A program made the translations under genes and the position numbers. Positions 10,919 to 24,099 of a stretch of 64,000 nucleotides of DNA are shown in pieces; positions within the stretch are counted from its first letter, which is position 1, and every line of letters begins with the position of its first letter. Origin of the DNA: Eledone cirrhosa (lineage: Eukaryota). The stretch is taken from NCBI GenBank assembly GCA_964016885.1, contig OZ024749.1:20026001-20090000 (forward strand), read 5' to 3'. The notes under the pieces were generated by a model. It made no database searches. It was given only the letters and a program-made list of their open reading frames with translations, and was not told the origin of the DNA.

Positions 10919-12942
10919 GGACCAGCAGTGCAAGTTGAAGGTAGTATAATAAGTAAGGCGATCAAAGACATGAAGATGGGCAAGGCGGCCGGCCTTCGGA
11001 AATAGTTGCTGAAATGCTGAAAGCATCTGGAACGGTGGGACACACTATGGTCACTCGGATAGTAAACCAAGTCATACAGAATGGGGTCGTTCCGAAGGAC
11101 TGGCGCAGCAGCATTATCATTAACTGCTACAAGGGTAAAGGTGATGCCCTAGATAGGGGAAACTATAGAGGCATTAAATTAATTGACCAGGTCATGAAGG
11201 TCACGGAAAAAGTAATAGCGCAACTAATCAGAGAGCGAATTGATCTAGACGAAATGCAATTCGGGTTTGTGTCAAGTAAAAGTACAACAGACGCTCTCTT
11301 CATTGTACGACAACTACAGGAGAAGTACCTAGCTAAAAGTAAACCCCTATACTTAGCCTTTGTTGACTTGGAGAAAGCCTTTGACAGAGTACCCCGCTCG
11401 ATTATCTGGTGGGCCCTTAGAAAACTAGGTGTTGATGAATGGCTTGTGAGAGCTATACAAGCCATGTATAAAGAAATAGTCAGCAAGGTTAGAATTAACA
11501 ACGAATATAGTGAAGAGTTTAGCGTAAAAGTTGGTGTTCATTAGGGCTCCATCCTTAGCCCCCTACTATTTATTATTGCCCTTCAGGCTATAACAGAGGA
11601 GTTCAAGACCGGCTGCCCATGGGAACTCCTATATGCAGATGATCTAACGCTCATAGCTGAATCAATGGCGGAACTAGAGAAGAAATTCCAAACATGGAAG
11701 CATAGCCTAGAATCAAAAGGCTTTAAAGTTAACTTGTCTAAGACTAAAGTTCTAGTTTGTAGGAAGGAAAATAGGGCACTGGTCCCATCTGGGAAATGGC
11801 CATGCTCAGTGTGTAGGAAAGGAGTAGGCAGAAACTCCATTTTATGTCCCAAATGCAAAGTATGGGTGCATAAAAGATGTAGTGGGATCACAGGTAAGCT
11901 AACTAAGAATATAGATTTTATATGTGACCGGTGATACAATAAGTAGCAGCAAGTGCCCACAGAATACTAGCTCATTCCATTGCACAGATGGTTCTATAGA
12001 AATAGTGGACATCTTCCGTTACCTGGGTGACAAAATCAGCAGTGGGGGAGGGTGCTCTGAAAGTACAGTAGCTAGAGTCAGAACAGGATGGAAAAAGTTC
12101 AGAGAGCTTATACCACTATTGGCCGCTAAAGGGTTCTCTCTAAAGGCAGGCTGTATGATGCCTGCATACGAACAGCAATGTTACATGGCAGTGAGACCTG
12201 GGCATTGTGTGCAGAGGATATACGCAGACTGGAGAGAAACGAAGCTTGCATGCTCCGCTGGATGTGTAATAGTAATATACGTGAATGGCTAAGCATAAAC
12301 GAACTAAGGAAAAAATTAGAAATAAGAGGGATCAGCTGTTGTTTACTCGAGAGAAGGCTATGTGATGCGCATGAAAGACGACAGCTGTATAAAAATGTGC
12401 AGGGCGATAAAAATAGACAGTAGCCACGGAGTAGGCAGACCCAGAAAAACCTGGGACGACTTGATAAATTCTGAACTCACACACACCTCTCCAAGACAAT
12501 GTCACTGGACCGAGATCTTTGGCGCTACACAGTTATACAGAAGACCTGCCTTGCCTAAGTACAAAGCGAAACCTACAGTCAGTAGGCACCTCTAACAAAA
12601 TACACCCCGTCCCACTACCCCCACCCCATCCACACCACCCCCTAAAATGTGAAATTATGTTGGTACCACAACATCCAGTCCGAAACAAATGAGGTTGTGT
12701 AGGTGTCACGACAAAAAAGCACACAGTCCACGCTGTAATGTGGCCGTGTAGGTAACACGGTAAAAACTTCCCAGTCCACACTGTAAACATGGTTGCTGTT
12801 AGGAAGGGCATCCAGCCGTAGAAAACCCGCCAGACAGTCCTGAGCAAGACAACCAATCTTGCCTCAAGTGGACAATTCCCGTCCAGACCCATGCTAGCGT
12901 GGAAAATGGACGTTAAACGATGATGATGATGATGATGATGAT
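10917..12942 (+). mobile_element. 5'-truncated RTE-clade LINE (family B) with stops and frameshifts
   Basis: RT motifs NYRGIKL, QFGF, FVDLEKAFDRV and LLYADDL, a PHD-like insert and a (TGA)n tail. Its 3' UTR is shared with fragments at 6885-7420(-) and 56460-56957(-). Confidence 0.95.
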
Positions 12943-13119
12943 GTATATATATATATGTATATATAGAGAGAGAAAGAGCCATATATCATATAAGTAACAC
13001 AGTATATTGTATATATACCAAATACATATTCTATAGAAGAATATGTACACAGGTGAAATCATAAGAGAAACCTTATAGCACTATTTTGAAGCTTTTTAAG
13101 TTAGTTTACAAAACAAACT

Positions 13120-14090
13120 TCTTAACCACACAGCCATTTCTACACCATAGTATATACTACAGCCATTTCTACACCCTAGTATATACTACAGCTATTTCTA
13201 CACCCTAGTATATACTACAGCTATTTCTACACCCTGGTATATACTACAGCCATTTCTACACCCTAGTATATACTACAGCTATTTCTACACCCCGGTATAT
13301 ACTACAGACATTTCTACACCCTGGTATATACTACAGACATTTCTACACCCTGGTATATACTACAGACATTTCTAAACCCTGGTATATACTTCAGTCATTT
13401 CTACACTCTAGTATATACTACAGCCATTTCTACACCCTTGTATATACTACAGCCATTTCTACACCCTACTATATACTACAGCCATTTCTACACCCTGGTA
13501 TATACTACAGCCATTTCTACACCCTGGTATATACCACACAGTCATTTCTACACCCTGGTATATACTACAGCCATTTCTACACCCTGGTATATACCACACA
13601 GTCATTTCTACACCCTGGTATATACTACAGCCATTTCTACACCCTGGTATATACTACAACCATTTCTACAACCTGGTATATACCACACAGTCATTTCTAC
13701 AACCTGGTATATACCACACAGTCATTTCTACACCCTAGTATATACTACAGCCATTTCTACACCCTGGTATATACCACACAGTCATTTCTACACCCTGGTA
13801 TATACTACAGCCATTTCTACACCCTGGTATATACTACAACCATTTCTACAACCTGGTATATACCACACAGTCATTTCTACACCCTGGTATATACTACAGC
13901 CATTTCTACACCCTGGTATATACTACAGACATTTCTACACCCTGGTATATACCACAGTCATTTCTACCCTCTGGTATATACTACAGTCATTTCTACACCC
14001 TGGTATATACTACACAGCCAATTCTACACCCTAGTATATACCACACAGTCATTTCTACACCGTAGTATATACTACACAGTGCTTTCTACA
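13120..14090. repeat. 29-bp minisatellite (TATACTACAGCCATTTCTACACCCTGGTA)n
   Basis: About 30 tandem units read directly. Confidence 0.95.
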
Positions 14091-14204
14091 CCACCAACCC
14101 CGGTATATCATGTGTGATATGATATTTATTACATGATATAATAATAAACCACATAAATAATTTGGTGATTTTTGTTGGGTAAATGGCAACACCAAAGGCT
14201 GGCA

Positions 14205-14713
14205 ACTACTACAACAGCAGCAACAACAACAAAACAGTAATAATAACAGCAATAACAACAATTACAGCTGCAGCAATAGCAGAAACAACAACAACAACAA
14301 GACAATAATAGCAATAACAATAATAGCAATAACGGCAACAACAATTACCAAAACAGCAATAACAACAGTAACCACAACAACAACAGTAACAACAACAACA
14401 ACAACAGTAACCACCACCACCAACAGTAACCACAACAACAACAGTAACCACCACCACCACCAACAGTAACCACAACAACAACAACAACAACAGTAACCAC
14501 CACCACCAACAGTAACCACAACAACAACAACAACAGTAACCACAACAACAGTAACTACCACCTCCACTACTACCACCACCACAACAACAACTGTAACCAC
14601 CACCAACAACAACAACAGTAACCACCACCACCACAACAACAACAACAGTAACCACAACAACAACAACAGTAACCACCACCACAACAACAACAACAGTAAC
14701 CACCACCACCACC

Positions 14714-14753
<40 letters not shown>

Positions 14754-14755
14754 AC
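14205..14755. repeat. (CAA/CCA/CAG)n microsatellite
   Basis: Direct reading. Confidence 0.95.
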
Positions 14756-16489
14756 AATATGAAATGATTAAAAACAACAATATAACAATGTAAAAGAAGA
14801 CAACACTCCAGTGAGAAATAATTTGAGAGGTTTGGCGCCATTGGTGTAATATTTCTCACTAATATTTGGTCTATTTTATATTTTTACATCAAACAATGTG
14901 GCTCCAACATCTCTTTTATTGTTAGTATTATTATTTGGATTGGCAGTAATTAGTAGAGCATCAGACAACATGCATAGCCACATATAGTTAGAGCCCTCTA
15001 CTTTCTGAGTTCAAATCCTGCCGAGGTTAACTTTGCCTTTCATCCTTACGAGGGTCAATAAAATAAAGAACCAGTAATGCACTGGGGGTCGATTTAATCG
15101 ACTTTCCCCTCTCCCTTCTCCCCTAAAATTGCTGGCCATGTGCCTAAATCTGAAACCATTATTAAGCTGGTGTCTGGAACAAAACATAATAAAGGTTCTC
15201 ACATAAAATTATGATGGAAGGTTTGGAGATAAATATAAAAAACAGTCACTCACTAGGATCAATTTAATTGACTTCCCCTCCCTCCAAAAATGTTGGCCTT
15301 GTGCCTAAAGTAGAAACAATGTATGGTGGGGAAAGAGGAAATGAAAGGGTCAATAGTGTAAAATTACTCACACATGTACACCAAGTCCAAACAGAAGAAC
15401 CAAACTCCCACTGTCATTGCCTCCGTCTCTCCTGCCCTCCTCATCTCTCATTATTATGAGCAAATGGGCGGTGAATTGGCAGCATCAGTAGAGCGTCAGA
15501 CACCATGCTTTACAGCATAGAGTTATGGCCCTTTACGTTCTGAGTTCAAATCCCGCCGAGGTTAACTTTGCCTTTCATTCTTACGGGGTCGATAAAATAA
15601 AGTACCAGTAATGCTCTGGGATAATTGATGGCCGTGTGCCATATTATTATGAACAAATGGGATCCCATGTGCTGACTGCCCCACACCCCCGGTGGACAGA
15701 ATGGAGAAGGCGTTTCCCCCAAGGATGGTGAGGGAGATGAGCTGGAAGAGAAATTGTTATTGTTATTGTTGTTAAAATGCCAGTCATTAGAGTGCTGGAC
15801 AAAATACTTTGTGGCATTTTGTCATGGTTCTTTAGATTCTGAGTTAAAATCCTGCCTTTCATGTTTCCAGTGTCGATAAAATAAAGTACCAGTCACATAC
15901 TGGGGTTGATGGTTGATGTAATTGACTGTTCCTGCTCCACAAATTGTTGGACTTTTGCCAAATGTAGAAACAAGTGTTGTTTTTGTTGTTAAAATAGCAG
16001 TAGATTGTTGGTAGAGCATCAGATGAAATGCTCCGTGATATTTATGTTACAGCCGTTTGTATTCTGAGGTTGACTTTGACTGCTTCTCTGGTGGTTTATT
16101 TCATCTTTACCTCAGGTGCATTGCTTAGTGGTTCGAGCGTCAGGCTTACAATTGTGAGGTTGTGAGTTTGATTCTCAAACCGGGCTTTGCATTATGTTCT
16201 TGAGCAAGACACTTTATTTTCACATTGCTCCATCCAGTTTACTCAGCTGTAGAAATGAGTTGTGATGTCACTGTTGCCAAGCTATATCGGCCTTCACCTT
16301 ACCCTTGGACAACATTGTTGGCATGGAGAGGGGAGGCTGGTATGCATTGCAACTGGTATCCACTAACAACCTTGCCCCGACTTGTGACTTGGAGAGTAAC
16401 TTTCTTGGTGTAAATCTCATGGTCATTATGACCGAAGGAGGTCTTTACCTACCTCAGAAGGATGAAGTAAATTACCACTGAAGAAGTTA

Positions 16490-16830
16490 GCTAGTTGTAT
16501 GGTTAATAGAGTGGTGTATCTTGCTTAAGGTAATGGTGTGGTTAGTGGAGTGGTGTATCTTGCTTAAGGTAGTGTGATTTATAGTGGTGTGGTTAATGGA
16601 GTGGTGTTTCTTGCTTAAAGTAGTGGTGTGGTTAATGGAGTGGTGTTTCTTGTTTAAGGTAGTGATGTGGTTAGTGGAGTGGTGTATCTTGCTTAAGGTA
16701 GTTGTGTGGTTGGCAGAGTGGTGTATCTTGCTTAAGGTAGTTGTGTGGTTGGCAGAGTGGTGTATCTTGCTTAAGGTAGTTGTGAGACCTGTAGAGTGGT
16801 GTTTCTTGCTTAAGGCAGTGGTGTGATGAG
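16490..16830. repeat. 39-bp minisatellite (GAGTGGTGTATCTTGCTTAAGGTAG..)
   Basis: 13-aa periodicity in ORF 16584..16826. Confidence 0.9.
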
Positions 16831-17539
16831 TAGTCTGTGTTTCTAGATAAATATAAACACTTTAACCAAGTTCATTACCATATTTCTAATGAAAGACGCT
16901 GCCAATGAATTTCCAAAAATGTTGAAAGTATTTGGTAAAATAACTGTCTTTCTCGTTATCAAACTCATATTTGTAACATAAAACTTCTTATATATAATTT
17001 ATGATGGAAGGTTTTCAGAAAACTATCTACACTTTAAAATACCAGAATTTTTTTTCTACATGCTGAGGCGTATGTGTATATGTGTGTATGTACACATGCA
17101 TACATTTATATGTATGAGTATATAAATATAAACGCACAAACACAGTCACACTTACAAAAATACATACTAACAGACACACATACACACACACACACACACG
17201 CACACGCACACTCACACACAGTGTAGCAAATGGAACGTCAGCTGCTGTTTTGCTATAGTTTTTTCGCCATCCCCTTCCTTTTACACACACACATTGTGTG
17301 ATGGTCGGGAGTCGCTGATCCACACAAACACACATACATACATTCAAACACACACACATACACTCACACACAGCGTAGCAAATGGAACGTCAGCCGCTGT
17401 TTCGCTATAGTTTTTTCACCATCCCCTTCCTTTTACACACACACACATTCACACAAGCACACACACACACATTGTGAAATTTATATATAGATATAGGAGC
17501 TTAATATCATAGAACCAAGGAAGTGGAGATAATTTACTA

Positions 17540-17980
17540 ACTTGTGTCTGGTAGAGTGGTGTGTCTTGTTTAAGAATAACTTGTCTAAGATACTTTTACT
17601 GTGTCTCTGCTAAAGTGGTATGTCTTGTTTTAGCTCATTAGCGATGTGTCTGATAGTGGTGCGTCTATCAGACACACACTAGCTATGTGTCTGATAGAGT
17701 GGTGTGTCTTGTCTAAGGTACCTTACTGTGTGTCTGATAAAGTGGTGTGCCTGATAGAGTGGTGTGTCTGATAGAGTGGTGTGTCTTGACTGAGATACCT
17801 TAATGTGTGTCTGATAGAGTTGTGTGTCTGATAGAGTGGTGTGTCTGATAGAGTGGTGTGTCTGATAGAGTGGTGTGTCTGGTAGAGTGGTGTGTCTGAT
17901 AAAGTGGTGTGTCTGATAAAGTGGTGTGTCTGGTAGCATAGTGTGTCTGATAGAGTGGTGTGTCTGATAGAGTGGTGTAT
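17540..17980. repeat. 17-bp minisatellite (GTGTCTGATAGAGTGGT)n
   Basis: Direct reading. Confidence 0.9.
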
Positions 17981-18235
17981 CTTGTCCAAGATGGTTGCTT
18001 ATCCAGCTCCTCTGCTTGGTTAAGTGTGTGTGTCTGTGTCCACATGCATGTGTGTATGTGCCCATTTCATAGTCCCCCCACCCCCACCCCCCTCACTCCA
18101 TCAGGACAGATTAACATATCTGTCATTTGACATTCCCTTGACCCCCCACCCACTGTAGAGCTGAGGTAGGGAGGGTGGGGACACTTACTAAATGTTACTG
18201 TGTCAGTTGAATACATTTCATCACTGCTATACACA

Positions 18236-19305
18236 GGTGGTGGTGGTGGTGGTGATGGTAGGGATGTTGTTGTTGTTGGTGGTGTTGGTGTTGGTGGTGG
18301 TGGTGGTGTTGATGTTGTTGGTGGTGGTGGTGTTGATGTTGTTGGTGGTGGTGTTGGTGGTGGTGGTGTGGTGGTGGTGTGGTGGCGATGGTGATAGTGA
18401 TGGTAGTGATGTTGTTGGTGGTGGTGGTGTGATAGTGATGGTAGTGATGTAGGTGGTGGTGGTGGTAGTGGAGGTGATGGTGGTGGTAGTGATGTTGGTG
18501 GTGGTGATGGTGAGGGTAGTGATAGTAGTATTTGAGGCATGATGGTGACAGTAGTGATGGTAGTGGTGGTGGTGGGGTGGAGTTAGGATACTACCCTAAT
18601 CAGCTAATGGGTAGATAGATCATGACTAAAAGAGAGAGGGGGTAGTTAGAGGAAGGGGTGCTTTGTGGTGGGGTGGGTAGTTAAAGGAGGGGTGGGGGTA
18701 GGGGCGGTGGGGAGAGGTAGTTAAAGGAGGGAGGGGTGGGGCGGTGGGGAGGAACAAGGATGTTTAAGTGATGATTTATTGCATGTAGGGCATTGTAGCT
18801 TGGTGGTGGTGATTGTGGGAGTGGTGGTATGTTGGTGGTATTGTGGTGGTGGTGGTGGTGGTAGCTGTATTGTGGTGGTGGTATGGTGGTGGTATAGTGG
18901 GAGTGGTGGTGGTATGGTGGGAGTGGTGGTGGTGTTTGTGTTATGATGGTTGTGGTGGTGGTGGTATGGTGGTATAATGGTGCTGATGGTGATATATAGC
19001 TATCTGGTGGTATGGTGGTTTGGTGGTATGGTGTAGTGCTGTCTTGGTGGTAATGGTAGTAATATTGATGGTAATGTTCTTAGTGATGATGGTTATGATG
19101 ATCATTGTGGCAATGGTGGTGGTGGTGGAGGTAATGGTGGTGGTGGTGGAGGCAATGGTGGTGGTGGTGGAGGCAATGGTGGTGGTGGAGGCAGTTGTGG
19201 TGGTAGTGTATGGTAGTGATGGTGGTGGAGGTAGTGGTGGTGGTGGTGGTGGTAGTGGTGGTGGTGGTGGAGGCAGTGGTGGTGGTAGTGTATGGTAGTG
19301 ATGGT
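18236..19305. repeat. (GGT)n-rich low-complexity block with G-run cluster 18640-18750
   Basis: Direct reading. Confidence 0.9.
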
Positions 19306-19539
19306 ATGGCCTCTCATCTGGTGCTAGAGAACAATTTTGTTTTCCTTGTCTTTTTATCTATAGATATCCTGCATATATATATATATATATATGAGGATTA
19401 AAATACTGGTGCGTGTTGGAGTTAAACACCCTCTTCGTATTATAGAAATGACTGTAAAAGGTATAGCTCAATTTAATTAAACAGAGCCGAAGAATTATGA
19501 AAATAAAACAAAGAAGCCTTCAATACATCAAAAGTCTTT

Positions 19540-19585
19540 ATTAGCCAACAATGTTTCGTCCTATTAAGGACTCATCAGGGCAATT
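19540..19585 (-). ncRNA. Minimal type I hammerhead ribozyme (Penelope pLTR type)
   Basis: ATTGCC-CTGATGA-GTCCT-TAAT-AGGAC-GAAAC-ATT-GT-T-GGC(T)AAT, followed by AATAAA. Confidence 0.85.
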
Positions 19586-20093
19586 AAAACTACAAGAAGC
19601 ACTATCGGCCAATACAAGCCGAAAACTCCGAAGAATATGGAGTGTACATACACTAAAGTATTGGAAGATTATGGGTAAAAATATATAATAAAAATCACTA
19701 AGGAAGTGGATAACATTTTGAACCATATTACAAATATAGTCCAAAGCAAAAAACTAGAGCTAAACAAAGGTGGTTATATAGAGCGGGAATTATAGTACTA
19801 TATGTAATACAATATAATATAATATAATATACTTGTAACAATATTAAAATTAAAATTAAAACCAATACTTATTACTAATTTTTACTTATTCCTAATTAAA
19901 CTATTTTTCACTGGGAACAATTTGTCAGCATTTTCATTTCCTTTTACCAATATATATATATATATATGCAGGAAACCTCGGGAAACCTCTGGTAATGAGG
20001 TAATTATATTGTATTATTTATTATACATTAAATTTAGCTCTGGAGCATTCTTCACTCCTATGACTTTTTCAATTTTCAATGGAAACTTCAATA

Positions 20094-20147
<54 letters not shown>

Positions 20148-20454
20148 AATATATATATATATATCGACAGTCGATCGAGTTTTGTCAATCAGACCGAGGA
20201 AACGATGTTTCCATTGGTCTTTCTAATTGCTAATACTATCTATTGATTGCAACTCCAGGTAGAAGGAGCAACGTGAAATAAAGTGTCTTGCCCAAGCACA
20301 CAACGTATCGCCTGGTCCGGGAATCCAACTCACAACCTCACGATTGTGAATCCAATTCCCTAACCACTCAGCGACGCCATTTTATTTATATATATGCAGG
20401 AAATATATATATATATATAGTTAAAAGAATAGAGGTGTGTAACACACAAGTTAT

Positions 20455-20828
20455 TATATATTGGTAAACGGAATAGAAAATGCTGACAAATTGTTCACAG
20501 TGAAAAATAGTTTAATTAGGAATAAATGAGAATTAGTAATTGTATTGGTTAGTATTAAGTTTTGGTTTTAAGTTTTACCGGTTGCGCATTTCTAAATGCT
20601 TTTCAAAAATAATTTTGAGATAGAGCGTCCGTGATGTTTGCTCTGATTTGAGCAAACATCACGGACGCTCTATCTCAAAATTATTTTTGAAAAGCATTTA
20701 GAAATGCACAACCGGTAAAACTTAAAACCAAAACTGAATACTAACCAATACAATTACTAATTCTCATTTATTCCTAATTAAACTATTTTTCACTGTGAAC
20801 AATTTGTCAGCATTTTCTATTCCGTTTA

Positions 20829-20840
<12 letters not shown>
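20455..20840. mobile_element. Fold-back element with mirrored U3-A8 hammerhead-like motifs (20573-20609 minus, 20685-20720 plus)
   Basis: Arms of about 190 bp around a TGATTT loop (20644-20649). Motif TTT-TTGAAAA-GCATT-TAGA-AATGC-GCAA-CCGG-TA-AAA. Related pieces at 19860-19950, 31178-31330 and 31615-31723. Confidence 0.75.
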
Positions 20841-20872
<32 letters not shown>

Positions 20873-20916
20873 CTATGACATTAAATAAATGGAAACTATA
20901 TTTATAAAACCATATT

Positions 20917-20977
20917 TATTCTATTAAATATATTTCAAGGGTACCAACATTTTGGTACGCTATCATCAGATAAAATA
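20917..20977 (-). ncRNA. Type I hammerhead ribozyme (paralogue of 30947-31012)
   Basis: TATTTTAT-CTGATGA-TAGCGTACCAA..TTGGTACCCTT-GAAA-TATATT-TA-ATAGAATA. Confidence 0.7.
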
Positions 20978-21180
20978 CAAAATGTTTTATAAATATTTGA
21001 CATACCCAAGGATAATATACCTTAATGGTTCAAGTTATCCCTGGAAAGTGGATATATATATATATATAGTTATGTAATAAACAACATAGGATAATTATTT
21101 CATTTACCAATGGTTTCTTGAAAGGAAACAAAACATATATTTATATAAATAAAATGGCGGGTTGTGTGGTTGCAATTAAG

Positions 21181-21472
21181 TATAATGAAAATAAAAAGTT
21201 ACAGGCAAAAGAGCGTAATATCCATCATCAATTGTAATATCCATCATCAGTTGTCTGCTAGGAATCATCTATATTTCTTCGCGTTAGAGACAAGATATCT
21301 CAACCTAGTGCAATCAATAACTAAAATAAGTTATTGGGATAAAAAATGGAGAGAGAGAGAAAAAAATACATAGACAGACACGAAAAGTAAAGCAACGTAA
21401 TCGATGATTCCTAACAGACAACTGATGATGGATAATACCCTCTTTCGCCAGTAACTTTTTATTTTCATTATA
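21181..21472. mobile_element. MITE or fold-back element with about 70-bp terminal inverted repeats, flanked by TA
   Basis: TATAATGAAAATAAAAAGTTAC...GGAATCATC versus GATGATTCC...GTAACTTTTTATTTTCATTATA. Confidence 0.7.
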
Positions 21473-21483
21473 TATATATATAT

Positions 21484-21912
21484 ATCATCATCATCATCAT
21501 CATCATCATGTCCGCTTTTCCCTGCTTGCAAAAGTGGGACGGGTCCTCTTTAGCACAGCATCTCTCCATTTGTCATGGTCCTTTGTCATCTCCTCTGTGA
21601 GTTTTAGTGATCTGAGGTCAATTCTCACCACCTCTGCCCATGTTTTCAGTGGTCTTCCTCTACTGCCTCTTCCTTCCACTGGGATTACTTGGCACTTCTT
21701 CACTCAGCGGTCATCATCCATGCGCATCATATCGCCATACCATCGCAGTCTTCTCTCCTGCACACTACAGTTTATTCCTTGTATACTGTTTCTCTTTCAA
21801 CTCGTCCTTGCTTGGTCGTTCACGCACATTGACATTGCACATCCATGCTTGCTTCATTTCTCTCCCGCTTTCACATATCCTCCGTACTTGCTGCCTGCGT
21901 CTCACTACCATG
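21484..21912 (-). mobile_element. RTE family A 3' fragment
   Basis: RLRWYGDMMRM...KKCQVIPVEGRGSRGRPLKTW...SREKRT plus (TGA)n tail. Confidence 0.9.
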
Positions 21913-21928
21913 TATATATATATATACA

Positions 21929-22129
21929 CACGAGGGTCGCTGAAAAGTTCATGGGCTGACGATGAACGAGTGATGCTAGAACTGTGAAATTTTGCATGAA
22001 TTAATTCCGATTCTTCTTATTAATGACTGTATTGTTTCTTTCCAGGAACTATGTTGAAAAATAAATCCCATTTGGTCATTCCATGAGGGTATCTTGGTCA
22101 GCCTATGAACTTTTCAGCTGACTGTTGTA
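21929..22129. mobile_element. mariner-type MITE
   Basis: TIRs GCTGAAAAGTTCAT.GGCTGAC / GTCAGCCTATGAACTTTTCAGC. Confidence 0.7.
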
Positions 22130-22141
22130 TGTGTCTATGTG

Positions 22142-22198
<57 letters not shown>

Positions 22199-24099
22199 CT
22201 CACATCCATGCTTATATGTGTGTGTTTGCAGTGAGTGTGTATAGGTGTATATCTCTATATATATATATATCATCATTTTTCATCATTTCATTTTACGTCC
22301 GCTTTTCCTTGCTTGCAAGGGTGGGATGGGAACTGACACTGGCTTGATTTCTACAGCTGGATGCCCTTCCTAACACCAACCTCATTTACAGTGAGTGCTG
22401 GGTGCTTTTTTGCCGTGGCACCTACACGACCACTCTACAGTGGAATGATAGGAACCCCAATCCTATCATCTCATTTCTACAGCTGAGTAAACTGGAGCAA
22501 TGTGAAATAAAGTGTCTTGCTCAAGGAAACAACACACCACCTGGTCTGAGAATTGAACTCACAACCTTTCGATTGCAAGGCCAATGCTCTAACCACTAAG
22601 CCATGTGCCTCCATTTATATATATATATATTATATATATATATTATATATATATATAGACATATATATATATATATATATATATATAGGGAGCAGCAGCT
22701 GTTAGGGCAAGACGTGTTTTCTTGGGCTCTGCTAGAGTCAGCAGCAACACACAACCACGTGTTGCTACACACACACAAGAGGAAAGAAAAAATTTAAAAT
22801 TTATGAGACCAATAGAGATATGTACATTTATATATTTATATCTAGATATTGCTATCATCATTTACAGTCCCTCTGTGTTTAATGTATGTTCATTAGTATA
22901 TGTGTTGTTATTTCTGCTTGCATTTTGCATATATACATATATATATATATATATATGCTTGCGTGGACCCCTCTCAAAATTCGTTGGATTTTCTAATTGG
23001 ATACCCCAACACTGGATACCAACACTGAATACACCTGAACTTCTACCAGGAAATCTTTCGTTGTCATTTCTGCTTGCATTTTACATATATAGATATATAT
23101 ATCAATGGTTGCGTGGACCCCTCTTAAAGATTCGTTGGATTTTCTAATTGGATACCCCGAAACTGGATACCAATCACTGAATACACCTGAACTTCTACCA
23201 GGAAATCTTTCATATCAGTGAAAATTTTCTTTTCTTTGCTTCATATATATTATATATACTTGGCCGCCATTGCAAAAGGCCATAAATTCAAAATTTTGAA
23301 GAGAGAGGAAAAGAGAGAAGTGATCTATGAACTTGTAACATCTCACTGACCCCCCCGTCACCACAATAACAATAACGCCTACACTCGCTCCCCACCATCA
23401 CCACATTACTCTAAGGTCGCTGTCCTGTCCCCTGTTGACATACTGCTGACTATCTTTTGATGTATGTATGTGTATATACATATGTGTATGTGTGTGTATA
23501 TGTGTATATCTCTGTGGATGCGACCAGATTTCAACACAGCAACAACTACAACAACAACAGCAGCAACACCAACAACAACAACAACAGCAACAACACCATC
23601 GTCTGTGTTGAATGTGTGTGTATGTATTTGTATATATGCGACAGCAATAACAGCATCAACACCATTGTCTGCAGCAACAGCAGCAGTGAAATGAAGGACA
23701 ACAACAACAGTAACAACTACAGCACCAACAACTGTCACCACCATCACTGACCATCCACCACCACCACGCTGATACCATCCACCACCACCACACTGACACC
23801 ATCCACCACCGCCATTACCAGCGTAAACAAACAATTATTATTGTTATTGTTATTATATACAAGCCGAGCTGGACTGGGAAAGGTCAACAGTTGACATGAT
23901 AGTGATTTTGACGATTTTGACTTTGATTTTGATTTTGTATCAGAACTGTCGGTAATATATGTATATATATATATGTGTTTGTGAGTTGTGTGTGTGATTG
24001 TATGCATGAATGAGTGTTGGTATGTGTGGTTGTGGTTTGTATGCATGAGTATTAGTGTGTGAGTCGTGTCAATAAGTTTTTTTTTTTTTTTTTTTTTTT

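Noticed and set aside
13120-14090. CRISPR-like regular repeats (also 55018-55420 and 62500-63535)
   Set aside because: No unique spacers and no cas genes; eukaryotic minisatellites.
14810-14860. AGTGAGAAATA/TATTTCTCACT hairpin
   Set aside because: Only 11 bp with a poorly paired interior.
21151-21180. AAAATGGCGG (YY1-like motif or start codon) as the METTL4 first exon
   Set aside because: It runs directly into a MITE, with no METTL4 similarity or convincing donor.
21422-21450. CTGATGA in the 21181-21472 inverted repeats (also at 4162, 43925 and 63660)
   Set aside because: No downstream GAAA with compatible stems.
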